Shown: piece by piece, positions 51,752-62,386 of the stretch
Position numbering within the stretch: the stretch's first letter is position 1
Layout of the letters: each line of letters begins with the position of its first letter
Assembly (NCBI GenBank): GCA_965197745.1
Contig: CBDANS010000007.1
Location: 1,184,001-1,248,000 of the forward strand
Length of the DNA stretch: 64,000 bases
Source of the DNA: Opitutales bacterium
Lineage (GTDB): Bacteria > Verrucomicrobiota > Verrucomicrobiia > Opitutales > PNEW01
Direction of reading: 5' to 3'
The notes under the pieces: model-generated
The model's input: only the letters and a program-made list of their open reading frames with translations
Told to the model about the DNA's origin: nothing
Databases searched by the model: none
Made by a program: the position numbers and the translations under genes

Positions 51752-52534
51752 ATGAGTCCAGTAGAACTGATTCTCGATCAAGGTTATTGTGTGTTGGAAG
51801 GGATCATCCCTGATAAAAAAGTAAGTTCCGTAAAAAATGACATAATTGAGGCGGCGGATAAATTTGGAAGAAAAAGCCCAAAAAATACTTATCTGGCAAC
51901 GACTATAAATCATACTCAGTCCTTTGTCCCTTACGTGGCTGATCCACGCATGATGGCTATCGTTGAATCATTTTTTGGGTCCCATGCACGGGTATCGTCC
52001 ACTTCGACCCAAATCAGTGAACCGGGAAACGAACGCGGGGATTGGCACTCGGATTGGCCCTTTTGCCCTTTTAACGCCGGGCATATTCAAAAACCCATAC
52101 CGGACACGGTAATGCATTTAACCACGCTCTTTATGCTTGTTGATTTTACGGAAAAAAATGGGGGCACCCGAATGAGACCCGGCAGTCATAAGTGGGGCAC
52201 TAATCCTACTTACGATAATGAGTATAAATATGATGACTATGAGGATCAAGTGCAAGGAGAGGGTCCGGCTGGTAGTGTTCTCATCATGGATAGCAGATTG
52301 TGGCATTCCATTGCTGTAAACAGATCGAATGAACGACGAGTAGCCCTGGTCGTACGTTATGCGCCCTGGTGGTTGAACCTGGATGTCTTGATGCCAGGAA
52401 CGATGGAGCGGAAAATAATTGTCGATGAACCGGGCATTTACGGAAGTTCTTATCCTGCTTTGTCGGAAGAAGCTTATAGTCGCATAATTGATGTTGCCAA
52501 ACCACTCTTTCGACACTGGATTCAAGCTCACTAG
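51752..52534 (+). CDS. PhyH-family Fe(II)/2OG dioxygenase
   Basis: WHSD, NGGTRMRPGSH, AGSVLIMDSRLWH...N.S..RR. Confidence 0.9.
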   Translation: MSPVELILDQGYCVLEGIIPDKKVSSVKNDIIEAADKFGRKSPKNTYLATTINHTQSFVPYVADPRMMAIVESFFGSHARVSSTSTQISEPGNERGDWHSDWPFCPFNAGHIQKPIPDTVMHLTTLFMLVDFTEKNGGTRMRPGSHKWGTNPTYDNEYKYDDYEDQVQGEGPAGSVLIMDSRLWHSIAVNRSNERRVALVVRYAPWWLNLDVLMPGTMERKIIVDEPGIYGSSYPALSEEAYSRIIDVAKPLFRHWIQAH

Positions 52535-52562
52535 AGAATATTTTCATAATCTGTAAATCATT

Positions 52563-53492
52563 ATGAAATACAACAAATATGGAAACACGGAAGTGGAAGT
52601 CAGTTCTATCGGTCTGGGCTGTGTTACTTTCGGTCGCGAAATCGATGAGAAGACTTCGTTTACTATCCTCGATCGTGCGTTAGAACGTGGTATCAATATT
52701 TTGAATACATCCTACTATTACGGAGAGGGATCATCTGAGCGGGTGATGGGCAATTATTTTTCCGCGCGCGGAAACCGGGACAAATTCGTAATCGTCACAA
52801 AAATTCACGGTAATCTATCACCTCCCGTGGTTGCCAGTTGCGCGGAGGGTAGTCTCCAGCGTCTGAACACCGATTACGTCGATTTTTTTGAGATTGCTTA
52901 CGATGTGAATACCCCGTTCCAGGAGACCCTTGTAGCTTTGGAAAAGCTGGTAAAAGAGGGGAAAGTCCGGCATGTCGGCTGTAATAATTACAGTGACTTG
53001 CAAATGGCGGAAGCGGTGAAAATTCAGAAAGAAAATGGATTTTCAACTCTACAATCACTGGAGGCAATCTACAACCTCGCGGTTCGTGGCATTGAAAAAA
53101 CGGTGATCCCTTACTGTGTTAAGGAAAATATAGGCATCATTTCTTATAGTCCTCTCGGTGCCGGGTTCTTAACGGGCAAGTACAAAAAAGGAAAAGCGAC
53201 ACCCAAGGGAACGCGGTTTGATGTTAAACCTGGACATAAAAATATTTATTTTAAGAAACCGCTATTGGAACTTGATGGGAAATTGGATACAATATCAGAA
53301 AGAACAGGATTTTCGCGGGTCCAACTTGCACTGCGATGGGTTCTGGAGCAGCCCGGTATAACAAGTATGCTTGTTGGCGCGAGGAAAACGGATCATGTGG
53401 ACCAGGCTTTAGATGCCGAAGCCTGTGATATGCCTGGGGAACTTATTGATGAGCTAAGCGTGCTGACCCAGGCTAATATGGATACCCTTTAA
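52563..53492 (+). CDS. Aldo/keto reductase
   Basis: IGLGCVTFG, YGEGSSE, SLQRLNTDYVD, GKVRHVG, YSPLGAGFLTGKY. Confidence 0.9.
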   Translation: MKYNKYGNTEVEVSSIGLGCVTFGREIDEKTSFTILDRALERGINILNTSYYYGEGSSERVMGNYFSARGNRDKFVIVTKIHGNLSPPVVASCAEGSLQRLNTDYVDFFEIAYDVNTPFQETLVALEKLVKEGKVRHVGCNNYSDLQMAEAVKIQKENGFSTLQSLEAIYNLAVRGIEKTVIPYCVKENIGIISYSPLGAGFLTGKYKKGKATPKGTRFDVKPGHKNIYFKKPLLELDGKLDTISERTGFSRVQLALRWVLEQPGITSMLVGARKTDHVDQALDAEACDMPGELIDELSVLTQANMDTL

Positions 53493-53550
53493 TTGAATTG
53501 AAGCTGTATCCTTTGCCTCAAAATAAGAGCAACCCACTCAGTAGCTAGAG

Positions 53551-54339
53551 GTGAGAGAAAATCAACGTGTGCCCATCCTCGTGTATCATCATGTTTATGA
53601 TGATCAATCATCCGAATTAAGAAATGCCACGTTTGAGACAGGGGCAGGTATCATCGGAGAAAAAGAATTTTACCGACAGCTGCAATATATCACTGATAAT
53701 GGATGGACTGTAGTGACGACGACACAGGTAGTTGATTGGCTTACCGGGGGCATGGCCATACCTGAAAAATCGCTTGTCTTACATTTTGATAACGGATGGC
53801 TCGACACCGTGACGGTGGCCTTACCGCTACTGATTCAATTTAAGATGACCGCCACCTGCTTTCCGATTACCGATGGTCTCGAAGCAGCCTCGCATGGGAA
53901 AGTAACAACGGTGCGGACACTCACCGAAGGTTACATTGAAAAACCTTTCATGACTTGGGCCCAGGTGAGTAGTTTACTTGAAGCGGGTTGGGAGGTTGGG
54001 GCGCATACCGCGTCTCATTGTAAGTTAGAAGAAAAGATTGCTGAGGAAGGTGATGAAGGTGTCCTCGGTGAAATTAATAAATCGAACGCCCTCTTTAAAA
54101 GAAATCTGAATATAACACCGCAGCATTTTGCTTATCCCAGCGGTTCCCGCAATGAGTCAACAGATAAGATATTATCGCGATTCTATCGTTCTTTGCGGCT
54201 GTGGCATTTTGAGTGGCCTGTTCATTGGTCGTATACCGATAATACTACATTACCCACGGCTCTAGATTGCCAGAATATTGATGTGCGTGTGTCATTTGAA
54301 GATTTTACACGCATCTTCAGTAATGCACGGTCAAGTTAA
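53551..54339 (+). CDS. Polysaccharide deacetylase (CE4) family protein
   Basis: PILVYHH, HFDNG (variant of TFDDG), GAHTASH, FAYPSG. Confidence 0.85.
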   Translation: MRENQRVPILVYHHVYDDQSSELRNATFETGAGIIGEKEFYRQLQYITDNGWTVVTTTQVVDWLTGGMAIPEKSLVLHFDNGWLDTVTVALPLLIQFKMTATCFPITDGLEAASHGKVTTVRTLTEGYIEKPFMTWAQVSSLLEAGWEVGAHTASHCKLEEKIAEEGDEGVLGEINKSNALFKRNLNITPQHFAYPSGSRNESTDKILSRFYRSLRLWHFEWPVHWSYTDNTTLPTALDCQNIDVRVSFEDFTRIFSNARSS

Positions 54340-54347
54340 TTTACTTA

Positions 54348-55679
54348 CTATTCCTCCAATCGAGAAGTGGGCACCTTTAAGCCACGACTATAAGGTATTG
54401 ATGCGCATACGGTCACAATCGATAAGGTGATTACAGGAGTTAATCCCGCAATATCTGAAAGATAACCACCCAGCGCGGGAAATACTGCGGCAATCCCTAA
54501 TATTGTATTACTGATGCCTATATATGTGGGGCGTCGATCTTCAGGAGCAATACTCAATAAATAGCTGCTGGTTCCCACCCATAAACCTGACATTGTTCCT
54601 CCGACTAAAAAAAAGATTGGAGAAAATGCTGCGGTTACTAACCAGGGAGGACTTATCAATAACCATGGCCCTAATCCTAAACTTATGAACAAAGCGTAAA
54701 TAGGGATCAATGCTTGAAAAATGAGTGAAAAGTAGATGACCTGGCGATCTCCTCTATGGGAAGAAATATATTTCCAAAGAACATTAAAGATAAGGACACC
54801 CAGTGTCTGCATGGCGATAAAAGTGCCAGCCGTGCTTATCGTAGATCCAAATTTCTCCTGAGCTAGAATTATATAAAAAGGGAGTGAAAAACTTATCCCC
54901 GATGCCAGAAGCTGAACGATGATCAAGCGACGATAATTTTTATCCCTTCTTAATATTCCCGGTATTTCTTTTAACAGCGAAAAAAAAGTTCTCTGGGTTG
55001 AGCTGATCTTACTGGGCGGTTCGCGAATAAATGCGTAAACAACAATCCCCAGCGTCATAAATAACGCGGCCAAGGTAAAAATAATTATAAAATTTTTGGG
55101 GAAGGGGAAAACCGTTTCCTTACCGAGAATATATTTTACAATCAGCCCGGCGAAAATACTCATTAAACCCATGCCATAAAATATCCTCGTTGAAAAATAT
55201 GAACCCAGGTATTGAGGGGGAATTGTCTTGGCAACCATATCATTCATGGGAAGCCCCGCTATTCCTCCGATAAATGATGCGCATGCGTATAGCAGCAAAA
55301 AGCAAACTAAGTAAAATTCAGGATGGGACAGGCCATAGATAGCGAGCAATGGTATCATGAGCCATGTTAGTAATAACCGGATGGCATTCATGCGTAAATA
55401 AATCCCCCTTTTATAGGGAAGTTTTTCGACATATCCGGCGACAAGGAGCTGAGGCAAGAGCCAACCGGCACGCCACAAAGAGCTGGTGATGCCGACAATA
55501 AAGTCGGAGGCAGTAAAATACTTAATAAATACCGGAAGCACCGTCAACGGACTTGTTAATGCAATGCCAAACATAAAGAGCATTCCATTAAATATACCGA
55601 GATTGTAGTTGAAGCGTACATTTCCTTCTCGAGGAAGATGACTCCCCCAAATTGATGGAAATTTAAATTTTTTTACCAT
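54348..55679 (-). CDS. MFS transporter
   Basis: About 12 TM segments, TVLPVF, GWLLPQL, APEDRRPTYIG. Confidence 0.85.
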   Translation of the reverse strand: MVKKFKFPSIWGSHLPREGNVRFNYNLGIFNGMLFMFGIALTSPLTVLPVFIKYFTASDFIVGITSSLWRAGWLLPQLLVAGYVEKLPYKRGIYLRMNAIRLLLTWLMIPLLAIYGLSHPEFYLVCFLLLYACASFIGGIAGLPMNDMVAKTIPPQYLGSYFSTRIFYGMGLMSIFAGLIVKYILGKETVFPFPKNFIIIFTLAALFMTLGIVVYAFIREPPSKISSTQRTFFSLLKEIPGILRRDKNYRRLIIVQLLASGISFSLPFYIILAQEKFGSTISTAGTFIAMQTLGVLIFNVLWKYISSHRGDRQVIYFSLIFQALIPIYALFISLGLGPWLLISPPWLVTAAFSPIFFLVGGTMSGLWVGTSSYLLSIAPEDRRPTYIGISNTILGIAAVFPALGGYLSDIAGLTPVITLSIVTVCASIPYSRGLKVPTSRLEE

Positions 55680-55852
55680 CTTTCAGTTAGATGTCTTTTA
55701 AAGTCGTTTTGCACAAGTACCGTTTTCAAATGACGAGAGGACTCAACATCTAGAATATCATGGGGAACAGAAAAACACATTCCCTGCCACCCGAAGTAGG
55801 GTGAGTAGCGCTTGGGTTTACCTGCAAAATGTCCCGATCAAGCACGTCGGCT

Positions 55853-56236
55853 TCAAGCTTTCGCAGGAGTCAAGCTGCTTATCGCTGTTGCCATCGCGTC
55901 AATCGAATTTGCAATTTCAACTGGATCTATATGCTCAGCAGTTTCATGATAACCGGCTGTTCGCAACATTTCCGTAATCTGTGTGCGGATTTGATCCAGG
56001 CTCCAGGCCACGGTATCCGGTGTATCCTCTTGAGAAAGATGATGCATCTCATTTTTCCCCTCGGGGTCGTAATGGTAATGCGGGTCATTATCAAAGCAAT
56101 CAAAACGCAGAACCTGGATGGGTTCATTTTCTATATCAGCGTAGACACGAATGGCAGGCCCATGGTCTTTGCCGAAGTTGCGGTACTCAATTTTAAAAGT
56201 TAAACCGCCGGAATCAATGGATATCTCCTTAGTCAT
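55853..56236 (-). CDS. Hypothetical protein
   Basis: 127-aa ORF with LRFDCF..DPHYHY motif. Confidence 0.7.
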   Translation of the reverse strand: MTKEISIDSGGLTFKIEYRNFGKDHGPAIRVYADIENEPIQVLRFDCFDNDPHYHYDPEGKNEMHHLSQEDTPDTVAWSLDQIRTQITEMLRTAGYHETAEHIDPVEIANSIDAMATAISSLTPAKA

Positions 56237-56324
56237 AAGACCTTCAGCCTATGAATTATAAAATATAAGAGCAATATAAATAGTGTGGTTTTCTCATTAT
56301 ATTCAGCGTGGCTGAAATGAATAA

Positions 56325-57785
56325 CTAACACTCTTCGTGCTTATGATTTTCCATTAAAGCTTCAATAGTCAGCTCACCGAGCGATTCATCAGTCATTTTT
56401 TTGATTCTCTGGTGGTAGTAATCAATGAGGGGGTCTACGTTATGGACAAGGTGGGCGCCGATGTTGCTGCCATGATGTTCAAAATTGTTTTTAAATTCAG
56501 ATAGAGTTACTTTATTAAGCGGTTTTGCCGGCTGGTAACATACGGTGTCAACACCCTCTTCACTGGAAAGGGGTATAGCGGAGATCCAGCCTTGATCTCC
56601 CAGGCGATCGAGACAGGTATTAAGTATTTGTCCGGGAGCGCGCACGATTTCACTTATTTCCCTTAGGGTATAGGGTGCCTGGCAGTTCTTAAACCGTCTT
56701 CCGATAAGGAGGTATGCGGCGAGAGTGAGTGTCTCTCGGGAATAGGAACTGATATTATGCCAGGCTTCACGATTGGTTAAATAATTAGCATTTTGTACGG
56801 AGTAAGTGATTTGCCCACCGAGGAGAATAAAGATCCAGAATATGTAGAGTCCAATCATCAAGATGGGAACGATAGCGAGAGACCCATACAAACTTTTGCT
56901 GCTGATAACTTTCTGCACATAAAGAAAGGACAGGTAATTGTTAAATATTAAGAGGACAGCAACAATGACGGAGCCCGTTAAGGCAGCAGTCCACCCCACA
57001 CTGGTATTGGGAATAAAGCGGTAAAATGCCATTAACAATACGACAATTAGTATAAATAATAAGAGGGGAGTCATCCAGAAGATGAGACCTGACAATTGCC
57101 TCCCGTAAGGCAGATCGCTGATGAAGCGAATGATAGAGGGCGCTGATAATACCGTGACGGTGGCAAAGCTTAAGACCGCTCCGAGGCTTATAAATGTCCA
57201 GTAAAAGACTACTCGTTTAAAAAAGCTTCTTCCGCGTCGCACGCCCCAGATTTCATTAAAAGCGGATTCGATAGAGGTAAGCAATTGCATAGCAATTAAA
57301 ATTAGCAGTATAGCGCCGATGATTCCAACCGTTCCAGATTTTGCGCTATCAATAATGTGGTTAATGAGCAAGATAAGCTGAGGATTATATAATGCCTCTT
57401 CATTTTCACCTGCTGCCTTTAATTCCTCTTCCTCAACCCGACTAAATTCTGCGAGCGGGGGTGCCACGAATTGCATAACTCGATTCAGACTGTTTACGGC
57501 AAGATCTGGATTTCCACTTTCCAGGACGAAACTGGAAAACATGACTCCTATTGCCATGAGGGGACCCAACCCGATAAGAGAGGAATAGCTTAAGGCAGCC
57601 GACCGGCTCAGTATTTTATTTTGCGTTAACCCTTCGAAGGTAATTGAAACAATGCGCAAAAATGAATACATCCTGCCTCGAATACTTTTATCGTTTAAAG
57701 AGGTGATATCCCAAATCTCAAGACGAAGCGAATCCTTGGCTTTGCGAAGAATAGCCCGTATCTTTTTAAAATCTGGCGATGGCAT
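56325..57785 (-). CDS. YihY/BrkB-family membrane protein with C-terminal wHTH-like extension
   Basis: SAALSYSSL, IESAFNEIW, YRFIPN, YGSLAIVP, GGQI. Confidence 0.9.
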   Translation of the reverse strand: MPSPDFKKIRAILRKAKDSLRLEIWDITSLNDKSIRGRMYSFLRIVSITFEGLTQNKILSRSAALSYSSLIGLGPLMAIGVMFSSFVLESGNPDLAVNSLNRVMQFVAPPLAEFSRVEEEELKAAGENEEALYNPQLILLINHIIDSAKSGTVGIIGAILLILIAMQLLTSIESAFNEIWGVRRGRSFFKRVVFYWTFISLGAVLSFATVTVLSAPSIIRFISDLPYGRQLSGLIFWMTPLLLFILIVVLLMAFYRFIPNTSVGWTAALTGSVIVAVLLIFNNYLSFLYVQKVISSKSLYGSLAIVPILMIGLYIFWIFILLGGQITYSVQNANYLTNREAWHNISSYSRETLTLAAYLLIGRRFKNCQAPYTLREISEIVRAPGQILNTCLDRLGDQGWISAIPLSSEEGVDTVCYQPAKPLNKVTLSEFKNNFEHHGSNIGAHLVHNVDPLIDYYHQRIKKMTDESLGELTIEALMENHKHEEC

Positions 57786-57880
57786 GGCTCTAAGATTTTT
57801 TCTGTTCAGATTCTAGCGCATTAGAGACAGAGGCTACCGAATTCAAGCCAACTTGTAGCGGGTTGCTGGTATGGCAGCGG

Positions 57881-58669
57881 TTATTGTATAACCGTAAAAT
57901 ACAGATAGCTGCCGACGCCAAGGATACCAAACACGGCAAAACTTGCCATGAGCATAAAGTTAAGCGTCAAGGTGCAAATGAAAATTCCTAAACCAGCGCC
58001 GATGGAACTAACCATGAGATATAAAGACATTGGATCTCCTGTTTGCCAGGCAGCCCAATGCAGAAATCCGAAATAGCCTAACCCAACCATTGCCCTCAGG
58101 CGCAGGAGAGGGTAAATCTCGGTTACTGATAAAAACAGGGATATCGCAAAGAAAAGATCAAGCATCCCGATAAGCACTAACGGGCGCTGAATTAAGAGCA
58201 TATAATCTTCGTCATCAATTACAGTTTTAATGATATCAATACTCGGGTAAATATGCGTGATGGCGCTTAAAATCATAATTACCCCAATTGACGGGATAGC
58301 AAGGGCTGCAGCTTTATCCTGCCACACAGCTTTTTCTTTGATGTGCTTAGTCTCATCTGTATCGCCTTCAGCCGCTGCCAACATGTCAGAAACGGCAATC
58401 ACTTCTTCTTCCTCTTCCTCTTCAACATTCAGAAGATCCATGTCTTCATCAGTCTTAACTTTTAAGCCGAGCTTCTTTTTTTCGGGGAACAGGGTCTGCT
58501 TTAATTCCTCATTAGATTCGAACTCTAACCATTGTTCTTCCTCTTCGTTATAATACAAGGTGTTCGTCTCAATCTGCCCCGCATCTGCCATGCTGATCAG
58601 TTTTGTCACGTTAAAGGGACCACGAGCATTTTCGGCATCGGGTTGACGTATATAATATTCTTCAGCCAT
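57881..58669 (-). CDS. GYF-like domain membrane protein
   Basis: YYIR..ARGPF..L..MA..GQI...TLY....W N-domain, acidic linker, about 5 TM segments. Confidence 0.7.
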   Translation of the reverse strand: MAEEYYIRQPDAENARGPFNVTKLISMADAGQIETNTLYYNEEEEQWLEFESNEELKQTLFPEKKKLGLKVKTDEDMDLLNVEEEEEEEVIAVSDMLAAAEGDTDETKHIKEKAVWQDKAAALAIPSIGVIMILSAITHIYPSIDIIKTVIDDEDYMLLIQRPLVLIGMLDLFFAISLFLSVTEIYPLLRLRAMVGLGYFGFLHWAAWQTGDPMSLYLMVSSIGAGLGIFICTLTLNFMLMASFAVFGILGVGSYLYFTVIQ

Positions 58670-58751
58670 AGCGATCTAGAGGTATCCCATCATTGAATTT
58701 TAAATGCTTTGGGCAAGGATAATTTTATTGGATTCCCGCTATAATATTTCT

Positions 58752-59582
58752 TTAGCCGGAAAAATCACCGGCCCAATTTAATTTGCTGCGCATTAATTTG
58801 AAATGTGAGTAGTCTTCGTGTAGCATAAGTGGAAAACTGTTCTTAGAAAGGGATATTTTCAAAGGAAAGTCTTCTGTGCGATTAAAATTACTTCTCCCGT
58901 CAATACTAACGGTTACATCGTGATCCCGATCATGAAGATAGACTTTGAGGCAAACTTCCTGATCAAATATTACACTGCGGTTACTTAAGGTGTGTGGACA
59001 AATGGGTGTCATCGCTATGACCTTAGCCGACGGATGTATAATGGGTCCCCCGGCAGACATGTTATAAGCGGTAGATCCGGTGGGAGTAGAAAATACGAGG
59101 CCGTCACAGTAATAATCATTAACCGGCTCTTCGTTAGAAAAAACCTCAAGGCGTACTAAGCGGGAGGAATTACTTTTGACGACGACATCATTGAGCGCGC
59201 GAGCGCTTTTATTATCAGCGTTAGTGCAGACAATTACCGATCTTTCAACAATTTGATAACTGCCTGTTATAAGCGATTCAAATTCCTCTTCTGCTTCATC
59301 TGCCGAAAATGTTGCCATAAAACCCAGTTTGCCAAGATTGATACCGATCACCGGCAGGTTACGATTAACAGCTTCCCCAACAACACTAAGCAGGGTGCCG
59401 TCTCCACCTATGACAACACAACATTGAGCATCGCACAGCAAATTATCGGGGAGGGGATAGGCATTCGTTGCTATCGTTGCCACTCCCTGATTTTCCGCTT
59501 TGGCCATGAGGGACTGAGCCAGAGCTTCAGCTCCGGGTTTATTATTGTTTATAACGAAAGCTATTTTGTTAATCGGATTCAC
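58752..59582 (-). CDS. nadK: NAD kinase
   Basis: GGDGT, NLGKLGF, ALND, DGLVFSTPTGSTAY.MSAGGP, PICPH. Confidence 0.95.
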   Translation of the reverse strand: MNPINKIAFVINNNKPGAEALAQSLMAKAENQGVATIATNAYPLPDNLLCDAQCCVVIGGDGTLLSVVGEAVNRNLPVIGINLGKLGFMATFSADEAEEEFESLITGSYQIVERSVIVCTNADNKSARALNDVVVKSNSSRLVRLEVFSNEEPVNDYYCDGLVFSTPTGSTAYNMSAGGPIIHPSAKVIAMTPICPHTLSNRSVIFDQEVCLKVYLHDRDHDVTVSIDGRSNFNRTEDFPLKISLSKNSFPLMLHEDYSHFKLMRSKLNWAGDFSG

Positions 59583-59794
59583 TTGCAGGAACAGGTTAAT
59601 GGATTCTCACAATAATTAAACTAATGTGATACCTGAAAAGTTATAAGGTTATGAGCGTGCACTTTTGCATTGGGATGGCAATAAGTTAAACGTGACCGGG
59701 GTAATCTTTAGAACAATAAAAAACGAATAAAATAACAAATATTGCTTATATTAATATAAATGAATAGTCCTGATTCGGTGTATTTATTTCGAAA

Positions 59795-60970
59795 ATGAAA
59801 TTAACGAGGATTAAAGTATTAGGACAAAACCTTGGCACCGCGTTCATCAGTATTGAAACGGATGAGGGAATATCAGGAGTGGGGGCTACTGCGGCGCCGC
59901 CTCCTGTTATTGATGCAATTATAAATGCCGGGCCTGATAGTCTTTGGGCCTTTCTCGAAGGTGAAGATCCGACCCATCTTAATCGTCTTTGGCGAAAGAT
60001 GTCTATTCAATGGCTGGCTAGGCGAGGCCGAGGTGGAGAAGGGGGTCTCGCCATTAATGCCATGGCTGCTGTAGATTTAGCTTTATGGGATATATGGGGG
60101 AAAGCATATGATCGTCCGATCCATGCACTGCTTGGCGGTTCTTTGCGCAGCGAGATCATGGCTTACGCCAGCAGTCAGGGTTTGGATATGCGTGGTTATA
60201 CATTTGGTAAAAAGATCAACCTCAAACCTGCTGAAGTATTAGTGCGTGAATCTTTAGACCGAGTTAAGGAGGGTTTTAAAGCGATAAAGTTTGGATGGGG
60301 TAATCATTTCCGAAATGAAGATGAATCAGCGATGGCTGCCATTCGTGAAGCCGTGGGTCCCGACATCCGGTTAATGCTGGATTTTGGATGCCCTGCTTAT
60401 CATCAGCCAGGCATGACCGTGAAGGACGCGGTAATATGTGCAAAGATGATGGAGAAATATGATTATTATTTCTTTGAGGAAGCGCTTCATCCTTACAATG
60501 TAGAAGGGTTTCGCGCTTTGACGAATCAGGTAAATATCAAAATTGCCACAGGTGAAAGTCTAACCACCATCGGTGAATTTGAACCATTTATTCGAACCCG
60601 TGCCATTGACATTATCCAACCTGATGTTCAGCAAATGGGATTCACCCAGTTTCTTCGTGTCACGCGTATGGCCGAAGATGCGAATATCCTTTGTATTCCC
60701 CATGGTCCATGGTCTCCGATTCTGATCGCGGCTCATCTAAACGCCTTGGCAACGGTAAGCAATGGGGTCATGATCGAATACCCATCACCGGAAATTTCTC
60801 TGGCGGGCTCGTCACGATCTGAATTTTTACAAATTCTTTTTGATCGCGGTTTTGAAAACTCTATCGAATTGCGAGACGGGTTCCTCCAATTGCCAGAATC
60901 TCCAGGGCTTGGGTTAGGAGACTATAATCTTGATGTCTTTAATGAGCTGAACACTCTGGGCGATAAATAG
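59795..60970 (+). CDS. Mandelate racemase/muconate lactonizing enzyme family (acid-sugar dehydratase-like)
   Basis: VDLALWDIWGK, KAIK, LMLD, FEE, ATGE, IQPD, PHG, PGLG. Confidence 0.9.
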   Translation: MKLTRIKVLGQNLGTAFISIETDEGISGVGATAAPPPVIDAIINAGPDSLWAFLEGEDPTHLNRLWRKMSIQWLARRGRGGEGGLAINAMAAVDLALWDIWGKAYDRPIHALLGGSLRSEIMAYASSQGLDMRGYTFGKKINLKPAEVLVRESLDRVKEGFKAIKFGWGNHFRNEDESAMAAIREAVGPDIRLMLDFGCPAYHQPGMTVKDAVICAKMMEKYDYYFFEEALHPYNVEGFRALTNQVNIKIATGESLTTIGEFEPFIRTRAIDIIQPDVQQMGFTQFLRVTRMAEDANILCIPHGPWSPILIAAHLNALATVSNGVMIEYPSPEISLAGSSRSEFLQILFDRGFENSIELRDGFLQLPESPGLGLGDYNLDVFNELNTLGDK

Positions 60971-61004
60971 GGAAGTATTGATGAATGGCTTACGGATATA
61001 AAAT

Positions 61005-61775
61005 TTATTTTTCGGACGGATGTTTTTTTATTCCGAGAAAGAATTCACGATTACCATCGGCCCCTTTGATTGGAGATTCCATAAAACCAATTTCTTCGTA
61101 ATCTTCGAGATGCTTCTCACAATAATCCCTTATTTCATGTGTGACTCGCTGGTGAACTAATGGATCACGAATAATCCCTTTTGCCATTCCAGCCTCTGTT
61201 TTCCCAACTTCAAATTGAGGTTTTATTAAGAGAATTAAATTTCCATTTAATCTAAGTAAGGGCCAGATAATAGTTAATACTTTGCGTAGTGAGATAAAAG
61301 AGAGATCCATTACAATGAGATCGTAAAGAGGGTGGGGTAGAAGTTTTGGGCTAAGCGTTCTAATATTAATTCCCTCAAGGTTGATAACTTTCGGGTTATT
61401 GCGCAATTTTTGGTGTAGTTGAGAGCGCCCTACGTCAACGCAAGTCACAGAATCCGCTCCACCTTGCAACAGACAATCCGTGAATCCTCCTATTGATGCC
61501 CCCAAATCTAATACGGTGCGCTTATTTACGGGGACAGGATATTTATCGAGAAATCCAGCTAGTTTTAATCCGCCCCGTCCCAGATAGGATTCGGTGACAT
61601 TTATTTTAATATCAATGTCGTGGGCAACTGTTTTACCCGGTTTATTGAGTACCGTAGACCCCGACATTATCTTTCCTTCGAGGATTAAATTTCTCGCCTG
61701 AGTGCGCGATTCGCAATAGCCACGCTGAAAAATCAACTCGTCAAGGCGGGTTTTGGGAGAATTCCTTGATTTCAA
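61005..61775 (-). CDS. tlyA: TlyA-family rRNA 2'-O-methyltransferase
   Basis: S4 domain RLD..SR..A, RGGLKL, DLGASIGGFTD, DLSFISL, KPQFE, SPIKGADGNREF. Confidence 0.93.
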   Translation of the reverse strand: MKSRNSPKTRLDELIFQRGYCESRTQARNLILEGKIMSGSTVLNKPGKTVAHDIDIKINVTESYLGRGGLKLAGFLDKYPVPVNKRTVLDLGASIGGFTDCLLQGGADSVTCVDVGRSQLHQKLRNNPKVINLEGINIRTLSPKLLPHPLYDLIVMDLSFISLRKVLTIIWPLLRLNGNLILLIKPQFEVGKTEAGMAKGIIRDPLVHQRVTHEIRDYCEKHLEDYEEIGFMESPIKGADGNREFFLGIKKHPSEK

Positions 61776-61796
61776 TTTAGCGATGCATTTAAATAT

Positions 61797-62360
61797 TTAT
61801 TCAATCCTATCTGCCAATTGTGCCCTTTCCCTGGTTAATATTTCCAGGAATAGATTTTCCATTCGGGTATTACAACCCCTCAAACCGGTCACAACATTTT
61901 CGGCCCAATCCAGATATTCAACCAGTCTTTCTCGTGGCCACCCTTTTGGTGGTGATGTAGAAATCGTTGATATATTGGCAATTTTATCAGCAAGTTTTAC
62001 CTGCTTAGCCGGAAAGCTTAAATGGGGTGTTTGTTCTATCTGCAGGTGTTTTCTCTCCTTTTTTGGCAATTTTTTATCATCGGTTACTTCCATGACTATA
62101 GAGAGAACCTCTTCTCCAAACATTTCTTTAATTTCCTCTGGGTAAGTATCAGTGTCTTCAATGGTATCATGCAGGACCGCCGCTGTAAGTGTGATAATAT
62201 CAGTTACACCGCCAATACGTGCGAGTAACTCCGTGACCGTAATCGAATGGTTGATATAAGGATCACCGTCTTCGTCTTTTCGTCTTTGTTTGCGATGTTT
62301 TTCTGCGGCGAATTGGATGGCGGCTAAAATCGATGATACCTCTTTTATTTCTTTATGCAT
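61797..62360 (-). CDS. Mesh1-like HD-domain small alarmone hydrolase
   Basis: [36 protein letters not shown]. Confidence 0.9.
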   Translation of the reverse strand: MHKEIKEVSSILAAIQFAAEKHRKQRRKDEDGDPYINHSITVTELLARIGGVTDIITLTAAVLHDTIEDTDTYPEEIKEMFGEEVLSIVMEVTDDKKLPKKERKHLQIEQTPHLSFPAKQVKLADKIANISTISTSPPKGWPRERLVEYLDWAENVVTGLRGCNTRMENLFLEILTRERAQLADRIE

Positions 62361-62386
62361 AGATAGCTAAAAGTTAATTCAATGGC

